From positions 164,615 through 228,614 of the forward strand of contig JBLWTJ010000004.1 in the NCBI GenBank assembly GCA_048270185.1: a stretch of 64,000 nucleotides of DNA, given 5' to 3'. Made by a program: the position numbers and the translations under genes. Below are positions 1 through 11,565 of this stretch, in pieces. The DNA is from Bacteriovoracaceae bacterium (GTDB lineage Bacteria > Bdellovibrionota > Bacteriovoracia > Bacteriovoracales > Bacteriovoracaceae). Below the pieces are notes generated by a model. It searched no databases. It was not told where the DNA came from and saw only the letters and a program-made list of their open reading frames with translations. Positions within the stretch are counted from its first letter, which is position 1; every line of letters starts with the position of its first letter.

Positions 1-77
1 GCAGCAGTACCACCGTATGCAGCGATAGCCATTGCTAAGAAATACGCGATGTACTTAATTGCTTGAGTGTTTTCCAT
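1..77 (-). CDS. atpE: ATP synthase F0 subunit c, 5' part (runs off window)
   Basis: Manual translation from ATG at 77: MENTQAIKYIAYFLAMAIAAYGGTAA; GGAGA RBS; directly downstream of atpB. Confidence 0.85.
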   Translation of the reverse strand, partial: MENTQAIKYIAYFLAMAIAAYGGTA

Positions 78-140
78 AATAGTCTCCTAAAACGTTAGTT
101 ACTTTGATCAAGTAACAGTTAATTATAAAGTTTAGTTTAA

Positions 141-944
141 TTAGTGCGCGTGGTGCTCATCATGATCGTGGTGAGCAGTTGCTAAGCTAATATAAACCAT
201 TGATAGCATTGTAAATACGTAAGCTTGGATGAAACAAACTAAAAGTCCAAGTAAGTAGAATGGAATTGCAGCACCAAACATACCAACGTTCACACCAAGA
301 ATTTCAAGGTTAAGGAATGTTGTAAGTACGTGGTGGTCACCCATCATGTTACCTCTAAGACGTAGTGCTAGAGATAGTGGACGAATAAAGTTTGAAAGAA
401 TCTCAATTGGGAAAATTAAGATTGCCATATACCAAAGAGGACCTGCAAAGTGCGCTAGGTAGTTCATTGTTCCAAGCTCTTTACAACCTTTAATGTTGTA
501 GTAAACAAAAGAAAGAACACCAAGAGCAAGAGTCGTATTGATATACTCTGTTGGAGGTAAGAAACCTGGAATAAGACCAATAACGTTTGCTAGGAAAATT
601 GTAATAAATAGGAATGAAATAAATTTGAAGTACTTTGGTGCATCTTCTTCACCAATAACTGCACGACATTGAGTGTAGATAAATGATCCATACATCTCAA
701 CGATATTTCTAAGAGTAATTCCTCTATCTGGTACAACTGTATCTTCTAACTTCATTTTAGATACGCGAAGTCTATAAAGAAGCGCTACTACAAGAATGAT
801 GATCGCAACTAAAGACTTAGTAAAGATATGGTCAACATATGGTAGATGGAAAACGTGTGAAAGTTCACCTAACCAAAGGAAACCACCTGCTGCGTATGTA
901 TTTGCTGAAATAAGAGTTGCTAAAAGAAGTGCTATTTTTTTCAT
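141..944 (-). CDS. atpB: ATP synthase F0 subunit a
   Basis: RPLSLALRLRGNM and IQAYVFTMLSMVYI motifs; hydrophobic helices. Confidence 0.97.
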   Translation of the reverse strand: MKKIALLLATLISANTYAAGGFLWLGELSHVFHLPYVDHIFTKSLVAIIILVVALLYRLRVSKMKLEDTVVPDRGITLRNIVEMYGSFIYTQCRAVIGEEDAPKYFKFISFLFITIFLANVIGLIPGFLPPTEYINTTLALGVLSFVYYNIKGCKELGTMNYLAHFAGPLWYMAILIFPIEILSNFIRPLSLALRLRGNMMGDHHVLTTFLNLEILGVNVGMFGAAIPFYLLGLLVCFIQAYVFTMLSMVYISLATAHHDHDEHHAH

Positions 945-958
945 AATAGTAATCTTTC

Positions 959-1327
959 CTATTGTTTTCTCATGCTGGCGCCCAGCACAAAAATATGCAT
1001 GAAATAATTTATTACCGGTATAATTATCTTACTTTGAAGTATTTGTACACCAAATAATAGAGCTGCAATTAAAATTACGAGCTTGCCTATAAATAAAAAT
1101 CCTAGTTTCTTACCATTGGCTTTATAGCCGTCGACGCGATGTGGCTTTATCAGCTCGTTTACAGCTTCAGAGAACATAATTAAGTAAATAACAGAGGCCA
1201 CATAAATAACGCTGAACGCCATCCATTCTTTACCTGGATTCAATAAATAAAGGCATACCAGGGCCATCGGAATCGAAAGCGAGAAAAAACGAATGAAATT
1301 TATTCTCTTAGTTAAATCTTTAAACAT
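959..1327 (-). CDS. AtpI-like membrane protein (about 4 TM)
   Basis: 122 aa hydrophobic ORF immediately upstream of atpB, where atpI normally lies. Confidence 0.6.
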   Translation of the reverse strand: MFKDLTKRINFIRFFSLSIPMALVCLYLLNPGKEWMAFSVIYVASVIYLIMFSEAVNELIKPHRVDGYKANGKKLGFLFIGKLVILIAALLFGVQILQSKIIIPVINYFMHIFVLGASMRKQ

Positions 1328-1384
1328 AATCGAATAATTACTATACTTTCTTCTGAATTCATATTTTTTTAGACAGGAATACTC

Positions 1385-2569
1385 ATGACAGAATCAAGAC
1401 GAGTTAATTTATTAGCTTGGGCCTTATTTTTTTATTTAACTCTAACTATTTTCTATAAGGCCTTTACCGCCATTGGCCTTGTTCTATTCTTAATCTTAGC
1501 ATTTGTTACTTGTAAGAACTCGTACAGAATTACATTCAATAAAAAACAAGCTTTCTTTCTTTTACTACTTAGCTCAATGGTTCTTTCAAATTTGTACACA
1601 GGTCAAGGAACCTATTCAAAACTCAAATACTATATTATTCCATTTCTATTTGTTGCTTCCATATATCAATATGGACCAAAACTTAGCAAAGTATGGATCA
1701 AGCGAATCATATTTTGGTTCCTAGTTTTAAGTGCTATAAGTTCTTTCGTAGGTATTATCCAAATACTTTTCCATTATAATATTATTAAATTTCAAGTTGA
1801 TACATACCCACGAAATCAAGGTGCATTAATGGGTGGAGCCATGTATTACTCATATCCTATTGCAATTATATGTTCCATGACTCTTGCAGCTATTCTCCAC
1901 TATAAGAAGTTCAGAGAATATGTTGATATTAAATTGTTAGTGATTACCTTGGTAATTAATCTTATTGGCCTCTACTATTCATATACAAGAGGAGCCATTT
2001 TAGGGTTCTTAGCAGGTATTCCTTTTCTTATTTACTACACACATAAGAAGATTTTCTACACAGCTTTTATTATTGGAATTATCTCAGCTAGCTCCCTGGC
2101 ATATATCGTAGTTAATCAAATTGACTTAGGGATCTACCGTTTTGAAGCTAAGGAGTCTGACTTGTTCAGAGTATCACTTTTCAAAACTGGTCTTGGTATG
2201 TTTGAGAAGAAGCCTATTTTTGGTTATGGAGTCCGTGTTTTTCAAGACGAATGTAAAGCGATCCAAGAAGAGCTTGATATTAAACCACGCTTTTGTGCCA
2301 ATCACTCTCATAATCAATTTATTGATGCCTTGGCTATGACTGGAATCTTTGGGGGAATTACTTATCTTCTCTTCTTTGGGGCATGGGGGTTTACATACCT
2401 GACATCATATAAGGATCATTTTTTATTCGCCCTTCCAGGGTTTGCAACTTATTTAGGAATAACAATGACCGACACCCCACTCTACATAGGCCCGGTCTGC
2501 TCGATTATCTTTGTCTTATACGCAATGATGTTTGTGCCTGAAAAGACGAAGTCTACTTCTTCTTTTTAA
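1385..2569 (+). CDS. O-antigen ligase (Wzy_C/WaaL-like) family membrane protein
   Basis: Many TM segments; SYTRGAILG, KPIFGYG and HSHNQFIDALAMTGIFG motifs typical of the family. Confidence 0.85.
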   Translation: MTESRRVNLLAWALFFYLTLTIFYKAFTAIGLVLFLILAFVTCKNSYRITFNKKQAFFLLLLSSMVLSNLYTGQGTYSKLKYYIIPFLFVASIYQYGPKLSKVWIKRIIFWFLVLSAISSFVGIIQILFHYNIIKFQVDTYPRNQGALMGGAMYYSYPIAIICSMTLAAILHYKKFREYVDIKLLVITLVINLIGLYYSYTRGAILGFLAGIPFLIYYTHKKIFYTAFIIGIISASSLAYIVVNQIDLGIYRFEAKESDLFRVSLFKTGLGMFEKKPIFGYGVRVFQDECKAIQEELDIKPRFCANHSHNQFIDALAMTGIFGGITYLLFFGAWGFTYLTSYKDHFLFALPGFATYLGITMTDTPLYIGPVCSIIFVLYAMMFVPEKTKSTSSF

Positions 2570-2756
2570 GAGCAAAGATCACCATGGAAATTAAGATATT
2601 TCCAATAGCCGCCAAGAGGAGAAAGATCGCCCAACCTTGCGAAAGGTGACCGGCCTTTACAAGTGACCAGAGTCCCCATGCTACGATGAGAGCAGTTGAT
2701 GGAAGTGACATAGCAAGTGCCATGGGCTTAATCCATTTCGGGTCAAATAAGGCCAT
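2553..2756 (-). CDS. AtpZ/AtpI-like small membrane protein (2 TM)
   Basis: 67 aa, two hydrophobic helices, basic C-terminus; start overlaps the TPR gene stop; lies upstream of atpI-atpB. Confidence 0.55.
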   Translation of the reverse strand: MALFDPKWIKPMALAMSLPSTALIVAWGLWSLVKAGHLSQGWAIFLLLAAIGNILISMVIFALKKKK

Positions 2757-3592
2757 TAGCGCTTCCTAGCGACACGTCTTTCAAAGACACTATTGAGTCT
2801 ATCTTGAATGACTTTGTTATTTGGATATTCACCTAGAATAGAATAGTAAAGATCATAAGCGGTATTTAATTTTTCTAAAGTTTCATAACAATTTGCCATG
2901 AGAAAAATTGCGCGAACCTTTAGATCACGACGATCTTCACGTTTGATATACTCACGAAAATATTGAACAGCTCGGTTCCAATCCTGTGATTCAAAGTACA
3001 TGATTCCAGACTGAAAGAAGCTATCAACAAAGTACTTATGGTTTCCATTATTGTGCATGGAAACTAAGTGGCGTGTGGCATCGTCGTATTTCTTTTGCTT
3101 AATATAAGAAATAGCAAGACGATACTCATACATATCGTGATTTGAAAGTTTCGGCCTAAAATTCACAAGTCGCTTATAAACTTCAGAAGCTTTGTTGTAG
3201 TCATTAATATAGAGAAAAGCGATCTCTCCGATGCGCTCTTGTGTTTTTACAAGCCAAACTGGATCAGTCGTAAGTTTGGAGATTTTCTCATAGAAGGCGA
3301 TACCCTTCGTATATTGACCAAGTGAAACTGCATAGAGCTCAGCAATTTGGTAATTGATTTTAATTTTGATTTCATCATTAGGCGCCATCTCTAAAATCTT
3401 GTGATACTGGCGTACGGCCATAGCATATTCTTGATTTGAGATATGATTTTGCGCAATGAGAATATCTTTGTGAATTCGAGGAGTAAAGTCACAACCAGTA
3501 AGTCCGAAGAGCACAAAGACCAAAAAGGCCAGCACTAGGCCGGCCTTAAAGTTTATGAATTTATTCTTCTGTTGAGTCTTCAATACCATCAT
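2756..3592 (-). CDS. TPR-repeat lipoprotein
   Basis: Hydrophobic signal with lipobox LTGC, then helical repeats with TPR-like Y/A/G pattern; exact start uncertain. Confidence 0.8.
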   Translation of the reverse strand: MMVLKTQQKNKFINFKAGLVLAFLVFVLFGLTGCDFTPRIHKDILIAQNHISNQEYAMAVRQYHKILEMAPNDEIKIKINYQIAELYAVSLGQYTKGIAFYEKISKLTTDPVWLVKTQERIGEIAFLYINDYNKASEVYKRLVNFRPKLSNHDMYEYRLAISYIKQKKYDDATRHLVSMHNNGNHKYFVDSFFQSGIMYFESQDWNRAVQYFREYIKREDRRDLKVRAIFLMANCYETLEKLNTAYDLYYSILGEYPNNKVIQDRLNSVFERRVARKR

Positions 3593-6068
3593 CTTCAGGC
3601 TCTACAATCTTTGCGATTGAAACAACCTTCTCACCATCTTTAGGTTTGATTAATCGTACACCTTGAGTTGCACGACCCATTAGTGAAACTCCACTAACCT
3701 TAGTACGAACAACCTGGCCACGATCTGTAATGATCATTAAGTCATCTTTTTCAGTTACTGGCTTAATTTGGACGATCTCACCATTCTTCTCAGTAAGTCT
3801 CATGGCAAGAATACCTTTCCCACCACGTGTCTGCTTTCTATACTGAGAAGATTCAGTACGCTTACCGTACCCGTGCTCAGTAACAGATAGAATTTCCATA
3901 TTATCGTCAATTAATTCCATACCGATGATTTTTTCTTCATCAGTGTTGATATTGATACCTTTTACACCTTGAGAAACACGTCCCATTGGTCTTGCATCAT
4001 TAGTATCAAAACGGATGATCTTACCAGCTGAAGAACATAGAAGGATATCTTTTGATCCATCATTGATTCTTACGTTTACGATATGGTCACCATCTTGAAG
4101 TTTAATTGCAATTAAACCTGATTGCTTAACATTTGAATATTCTTCAAGTGCTGTCTTCTTAACAAGACCTTTATTTGTCGCAAAGATTAGGTACTTTTCA
4201 TTCATATCCATATCGTGTGGCACACAGATGATTTCTGTTACGCGATCTCCATTTGGAATCTGAATTAGGTTAGCAATATTACGACCTTTTGAAGTTCTAG
4301 TTCCTTCTGGCATTTCGTAAACTTTCTTAGAGAAGACCTGACCACGAGATGTGAAGAATAGAAGCTTATCATGCGTATTGGCAGTGAAGATATTTGTGAA
4401 GAAATCATCTTCGTTAGCAGCACCCTTAACACCTTTACCACCACGCTTTTGCGCTTTGTAAGTGTCAAGTGGCATACGCTTAACATAACCTTTGTGAGTG
4501 ATTGTTACAATCATCTCTTCTTTAGCAACTAGATCTTCAATTTGAATTTCATCTGCTTTAGCGACAATTTCAGTTCTTCTTTCATCACCATATTTTTCGA
4601 TGATTTCTGAGAATTCATCTTTAATAATTCCACGAATTAGATCTTCAGAACCAAGGATTCCTTCTAAACGTGCAATCTCTTTCATAATTGCTTCATAGTC
4701 TGCAATGATCTTATCTCTTTCAAGACCAGTTAGACGCTGAAGTCTCATATCAAGAATTGCTTGTGCTTGAATTTCACTTAATGAGAAATTACTCATTAAT
4801 TTAACACGAGCATCGTGAGGCCCATCAGACTTCTTGATCATCTCAACGACTTCATCGATATTCTCAACAGCTACTTTTAAACCTTCTAAGATATGTGCTC
4901 TTTCACGCGCTTTCTTAAGTTCGTAAACCGTACGACGAATAATAATTTCACGTCTGTGATCAATGAAACACTCAAGTTGTTCTTTAATATTTAGAACTTT
5001 TGGAGATGAGTTAACAATTGATAAGAAGATAATACCAAAAGAAGACTGAAGTGCAGTCTGCTTATAAAGCTTATTCATGATTACTGTTGCGATCTCACCT
5101 TTTTTAAGATCGATTACAACACGAATCCCTTCTCTTGAAGACTCATCACGAAGATCTGAAATACCAACAAGTGATTTAGAGTTTACAAGTTCAGCAATTT
5201 TTTCAATTAGCTTGGCCTTGTTAACTTGATATGGAAGTTCAGTAATTACAATTCTTTCACGATCTTGTTTCTTACCATGAGTCTCAACATCCATTTTCGC
5301 TCGCATTTGCACAACACCTTTACCAGTCTTGTAAGCTGAGCGAATCCCCTCTGTTCCGTGAATTGTTCCCGCTGTTGGGAAATCAGGACCCGGAATAACT
5401 TGCATAATTTCATCAATCGTCATGGCACGGTTATCAACTAACATTGTTAGTGCCGTCATAACTTCAGTTAAATTATGTGGAGGGATATTTGTTGCCATAC
5501 CAACCGCAATCCCAGATGAACCGTTAACTAGTAACGTAGGAATTTTAGTTGGAAGAACAGTTGGCTCTTTTAATGAGTCATCATAGTTCGGTTGCCAGTC
5601 AACAGTTTCTTTATCGAGGTCTCGAAGCATTTCTTCAGTAAGCTTCTTCATTCTAATTTCTGTGTACCTCATGGCCGCAGCGTTATCACCATCGATCGAA
5701 CCAAAGTTCCCTTGTCCATCAACAAGTGGATATCTCATTGAGAAATCCTGAGCAAGACGAACAATCGCATTATAAACGGCAGAGTCACCGTGTGGGTGGT
5801 ACTTACCAATAACGTCACCAACAACACGTGCCGACTTCAAGAAAGGCTTATTGTGGTAGTTACCAAGAGAGTTCATGGCATAAAGACAACGACGGTGAAC
5901 TGGCTTAAGTCCATCACGTACGTCTGGTAATGCACGACCTACGATTACCGACATTGCGTAATCGAGGTAACATGATTTCATTTCATCGCGAATACCAATT
6001 GTTTGAATATTTCCGTGGTTATGATTTCCACCGTCACCATTATCTATTGTATTTGTTTCATCAGTCAT
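3561..6068 (-). CDS. gyrA: DNA gyrase subunit A
   Basis: [17 protein letters not shown] active site, GyrA-box QKRGGKG. Confidence 0.99.
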   Translation of the reverse strand: MTDETNTIDNGDGGNHNHGNIQTIGIRDEMKSCYLDYAMSVIVGRALPDVRDGLKPVHRRCLYAMNSLGNYHNKPFLKSARVVGDVIGKYHPHGDSAVYNAIVRLAQDFSMRYPLVDGQGNFGSIDGDNAAAMRYTEIRMKKLTEEMLRDLDKETVDWQPNYDDSLKEPTVLPTKIPTLLVNGSSGIAVGMATNIPPHNLTEVMTALTMLVDNRAMTIDEIMQVIPGPDFPTAGTIHGTEGIRSAYKTGKGVVQMRAKMDVETHGKKQDRERIVITELPYQVNKAKLIEKIAELVNSKSLVGISDLRDESSREGIRVVIDLKKGEIATVIMNKLYKQTALQSSFGIIFLSIVNSSPKVLNIKEQLECFIDHRREIIIRRTVYELKKARERAHILEGLKVAVENIDEVVEMIKKSDGPHDARVKLMSNFSLSEIQAQAILDMRLQRLTGLERDKIIADYEAIMKEIARLEGILGSEDLIRGIIKDEFSEIIEKYGDERRTEIVAKADEIQIEDLVAKEEMIVTITHKGYVKRMPLDTYKAQKRGGKGVKGAANEDDFFTNIFTANTHDKLLFFTSRGQVFSKKVYEMPEGTRTSKGRNIANLIQIPNGDRVTEIICVPHDMDMNEKYLIFATNKGLVKKTALEEYSNVKQSGLIAIKLQDGDHIVNVRINDGSKDILLCSSAGKIIRFDTNDARPMGRVSQGVKGININTDEEKIIGMELIDDNMEILSVTEHGYGKRTESSQYRKQTRGGKGILAMRLTEKNGEIVQIKPVTEKDDLMIITDRGQVVRTKVSGVSLMGRATQGVRLIKPKDGEKVVSIAKIVEPEDDGIEDSTEE

Positions 6069-6077
6069 AAATTATCC

Positions 6078-8582
<2,505 letters not shown>

Positions 8583-8598
8583 TTATTAGGAAGAAGGA

Positions 8599-9681
8599 TT
8601 ATTTGATAGAACCATTTGAGATATAAATCTTATTGGCCCCTTCAATTTTTTCTAATTCTTCCTTAAATTTTTCGTTTGCCGTTGTGATTAGCACTTGGAA
8701 CTCTCGTTGTTCCAAAAAATTTACAAGCCTACCCCATCTCGCTTTGTCTAATTCCCCTGAGACATCGTCGATAAGTACAATTGGATAGGTGTATAAGTTA
8801 TACCTAAATAGCTCTATATAGGCAAATATGAGGCTCAAATAAGACATTTTTTGTTGGCCTAAAGAACAAAATTCATAAGCATTCATACCATCAAAAAGAA
8901 GCACATAGTCATCTTTATGAACTTGGTAAGTCGTATGCCCTACAACGAGGTCTTTTTCGAGACGTTGTTGCATATAATCAAAAATCATTTCTGGTGAATA
9001 ACCATGAAAGCGTGAATCCACTTCGATTTTTAGAGAATGTTCTTCAGAGAAGATATCGCGATAAGTTTTTTCACAATGTGGAATAAGTTCAGCAACAAAT
9101 TGATTTCTCATGGCCACTAATTCATAAGCATAATCGGCCATCTGACGGTCAATAACTTGTAATTGCTCTCTAAATTGTGATGGTTTCTTCGATAAAAGAA
9201 TATTGCGAAATTTCAATGCAGAATTGTACTGATTTAATACCTTTTTATAGTCACGACTTAAAAGTGATAAATGGTCATCAAACCACTTTCTTCTAAAGCT
9301 TGGAATATTTGAAAAAGAGTAAGAATCAAATGGATTAATGAAAACTAACTTCGCTTCTAATTTCTTCTTCGTATTTTGGCCATTAAGTGCCCAGCTAGAA
9401 CCCATAGGATTCATCTTTCCCGAAAAAGTTACGTTATCACCTTCTTGGTCAAATAGTGATGAAAATAATATTTCAGGGTTATCCCCATCAATACTTAACA
9501 GCTGTGGAAAAGTCGTGTTTTTACGAAATGATTTTCTTGTTACAAGAACATGTAAAGCTTCAAGAATATTAGTCTTTCCATTTCCATTCTCACCTAAGAT
9601 ACAATTGATATTTTCATTGAATGAAATAATATCAGGAGCGAGATTTCTAAAATTTGTGACCTGAAGTTTTACTAGTTTCAA
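8599..9681 (-). CDS. recF: DNA replication/repair protein RecF (TTG start)
   Basis: GENGNGKTNILEA Walker A, SLGQQK, LIDDVSGELD; between dnaN and gyrB. Confidence 0.95.
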   Translation of the reverse strand: MKLVKLQVTNFRNLAPDIISFNENINCILGENGNGKTNILEALHVLVTRKSFRKNTTFPQLLSIDGDNPEILFSSLFDQEGDNVTFSGKMNPMGSSWALNGQNTKKKLEAKLVFINPFDSYSFSNIPSFRRKWFDDHLSLLSRDYKKVLNQYNSALKFRNILLSKKPSQFREQLQVIDRQMADYAYELVAMRNQFVAELIPHCEKTYRDIFSEEHSLKIEVDSRFHGYSPEMIFDYMQQRLEKDLVVGHTTYQVHKDDYVLLFDGMNAYEFCSLGQQKMSYLSLIFAYIELFRYNLYTYPIVLIDDVSGELDKARWGRLVNFLEQREFQVLITTANEKFKEELEKIEGANKIYISNGSIK

Positions 9682-9700
9682 AGCTTATTATTTTCTTAGA

Positions 9701-10813
9701 TCAAATTCTAAGTGGCATAATGATTCCAAGATAGTTTTGGATGTCATTAGATCTAATAATTACAGCTGAGAATTCATTGTTAAATTCAAACGTAACATTT
9801 TCAGAATTTAAGATCGCAATTGAATCTAGTAAGAATCGAGCATTAAATCCAATCTCAATTTCCTTTCCGTCATAATCAATAGCGATAGTCTCTTTAGCGT
9901 CACCAAGTGATGGATGGTTTGCAGAGATCGTCATATTGTTTTCTGTTAGTTTGATCTTAACAGCGTTTGATTTCTCGTTAGACATGATTTTGATACGTCT
10001 AATAGCGTTTTGTAGAACGTCTTTGTCTGCTGTTAATGAATATGTTGTCTTAGCAGGAATTACTGCTTGATACTTTGGATACTCTCTAGCAATTAAACGA
10101 ATACTTAGTTGATATTGTTCATTTGCAGTTACATATAAATATGAGTCATCAACAGAAATAAAAAGATTAGCACCTGGGTATGTTTCTGCAATTTTTCTAA
10201 GTTCTGAAACACCTTTCTTTGGAATAATAATTCCGTTAATTAGAGCTTCATTATTTTGAACTGTTAAATCATGTTCAATTAGTGAAAGTCTATGACCGTC
10301 AGTTGAAACAGCTCTAAGCTTACCTTCAACTTCTTGGAAGTAAATTCCGTTGAAGTGTAATCTCGTTTCATCATTTGAAATCGCGTATGAAGTTTTAGTA
10401 ATTAAATTTAATAGATCATCAGAATTTAGATTGAAAGTATTATCGCTTCCAAAGTGAAGTTTTGGAAATTCATCTGCTTCATAAATTAACAGTGAATAAT
10501 GGATATCTTCACAATTTATTTTTAGAAGATTTTCACCTTCTTCCAACTCCATGTGGATATCTTTGTTAGGAAGTTCCCTTAATATATCGAATAAATTCTT
10601 AGCGTTGATACAAAATGATGCTGATCCTTCAGTTTCTGCATTGATTGAGTATTTAGCTGATACTTCTAGATCTGTAGCTGATAAATATATTCTCTCGTTA
10701 CTAACTGTGAAAAGTGTATATGTTAATATCGGTCTTGAATTCTTCTTATCAATAACAGTTAAAATTTTATTGAGTGCATCTCTTAAATTATCTGGATCTA
10801 CCCTAAGCTTCAT
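9701..10813 (-). CDS. dnaN: DNA polymerase III beta clamp
   Basis: SATDLE, STDGHRL, IGFNARFLLD, C-terminal IMPLRI; start placed at the ATG 6 nt after AGGA (10819 is an alternative). Confidence 0.97.
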   Translation of the reverse strand: MKLRVDPDNLRDALNKILTVIDKKNSRPILTYTLFTVSNERIYLSATDLEVSAKYSINAETEGSASFCINAKNLFDILRELPNKDIHMELEEGENLLKINCEDIHYSLLIYEADEFPKLHFGSDNTFNLNSDDLLNLITKTSYAISNDETRLHFNGIYFQEVEGKLRAVSTDGHRLSLIEHDLTVQNNEALINGIIIPKKGVSELRKIAETYPGANLFISVDDSYLYVTANEQYQLSIRLIAREYPKYQAVIPAKTTYSLTADKDVLQNAIRRIKIMSNEKSNAVKIKLTENNMTISANHPSLGDAKETIAIDYDGKEIEIGFNARFLLDSIAILNSENVTFEFNNEFSAVIIRSNDIQNYLGIIMPLRI

Positions 10814-10879
10814 CTTCATTCCTATCAAAAATATTGTTGTAATGTTGTATAATGGAAAACACACGTTAGCAAGCTTGAG

Positions 10880-11565
10880 CTTAGTTTTTAATAGCTTTCA
10901 CAGCTTTCTTCCTATCTTCTTTTTTATATATATATTTATATATATTATTATTAAGTCTGTGGAAAAGTTCATAACTCTCGAGGCCTTGATTACTACTCTT
11001 TTGGGCCAATTTCGCAATTGTTAGCAATGGTTGATTAAAAAATATTTCGCTTTGCATACATTCGTATATTATCAATTGAGCAACAATATTTTGACGTTAT
11101 CAGATTTTTACTCACGGCCCAATGTTGATAATTTTAGGGCCATGCATAAAAGTTAAGTTTTCTTAATTTTGACTAGTCATTTACTCACATTTTCTAAACA
11201 TGTTGATAACTTTTTTATCCACGGCCTAAGTTTTTGTCGATAATATTTTCCACGGCCGTGAGTAAGTTCTAATATTCTATTTAACTTACTGTTATTATTA
11301 GATAAATTTATTAACAATATATTTTCATGGCCGTGGATTGGCCGTCTGTGGCCGTTAATAACTAACAATCTGTCGGACCATTTCTGACTAGTCAAATAGT
11401 GCTGTGAATTTGTCGGCCATTTGACTAGTCACAATATTCACTTATCAGCACATTTTTGTTGATACTGACTGGCCAAGTATCCCCAGAAATGACAAAGGCC
11501 GTGGATAAACACGGCCTTCTTATATGTGACTAGTCACTTTGAAATTTTATAATTTGAAATTTTTT
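10880..11565. promoter_or_regulatory. Predicted chromosomal replication origin oriC (dnaA-dnaN intergenic)
   Basis: AT-only tract 10921-10954 next to box TGTGGAAAA (10958-10966); further box variants at 11181, 11201, 11215, 11235, 11246, 11257 and 11500; same location as Bdellovibrio oriC. Confidence 0.9.

Noticed and set aside
10551..11395. ORFs 10551-11024, 10881-11075 and 11177-11395
   Set aside because: They overlap dnaN antisense or oriC motifs, lack RBS and look like translated AT-rich non-coding DNA.
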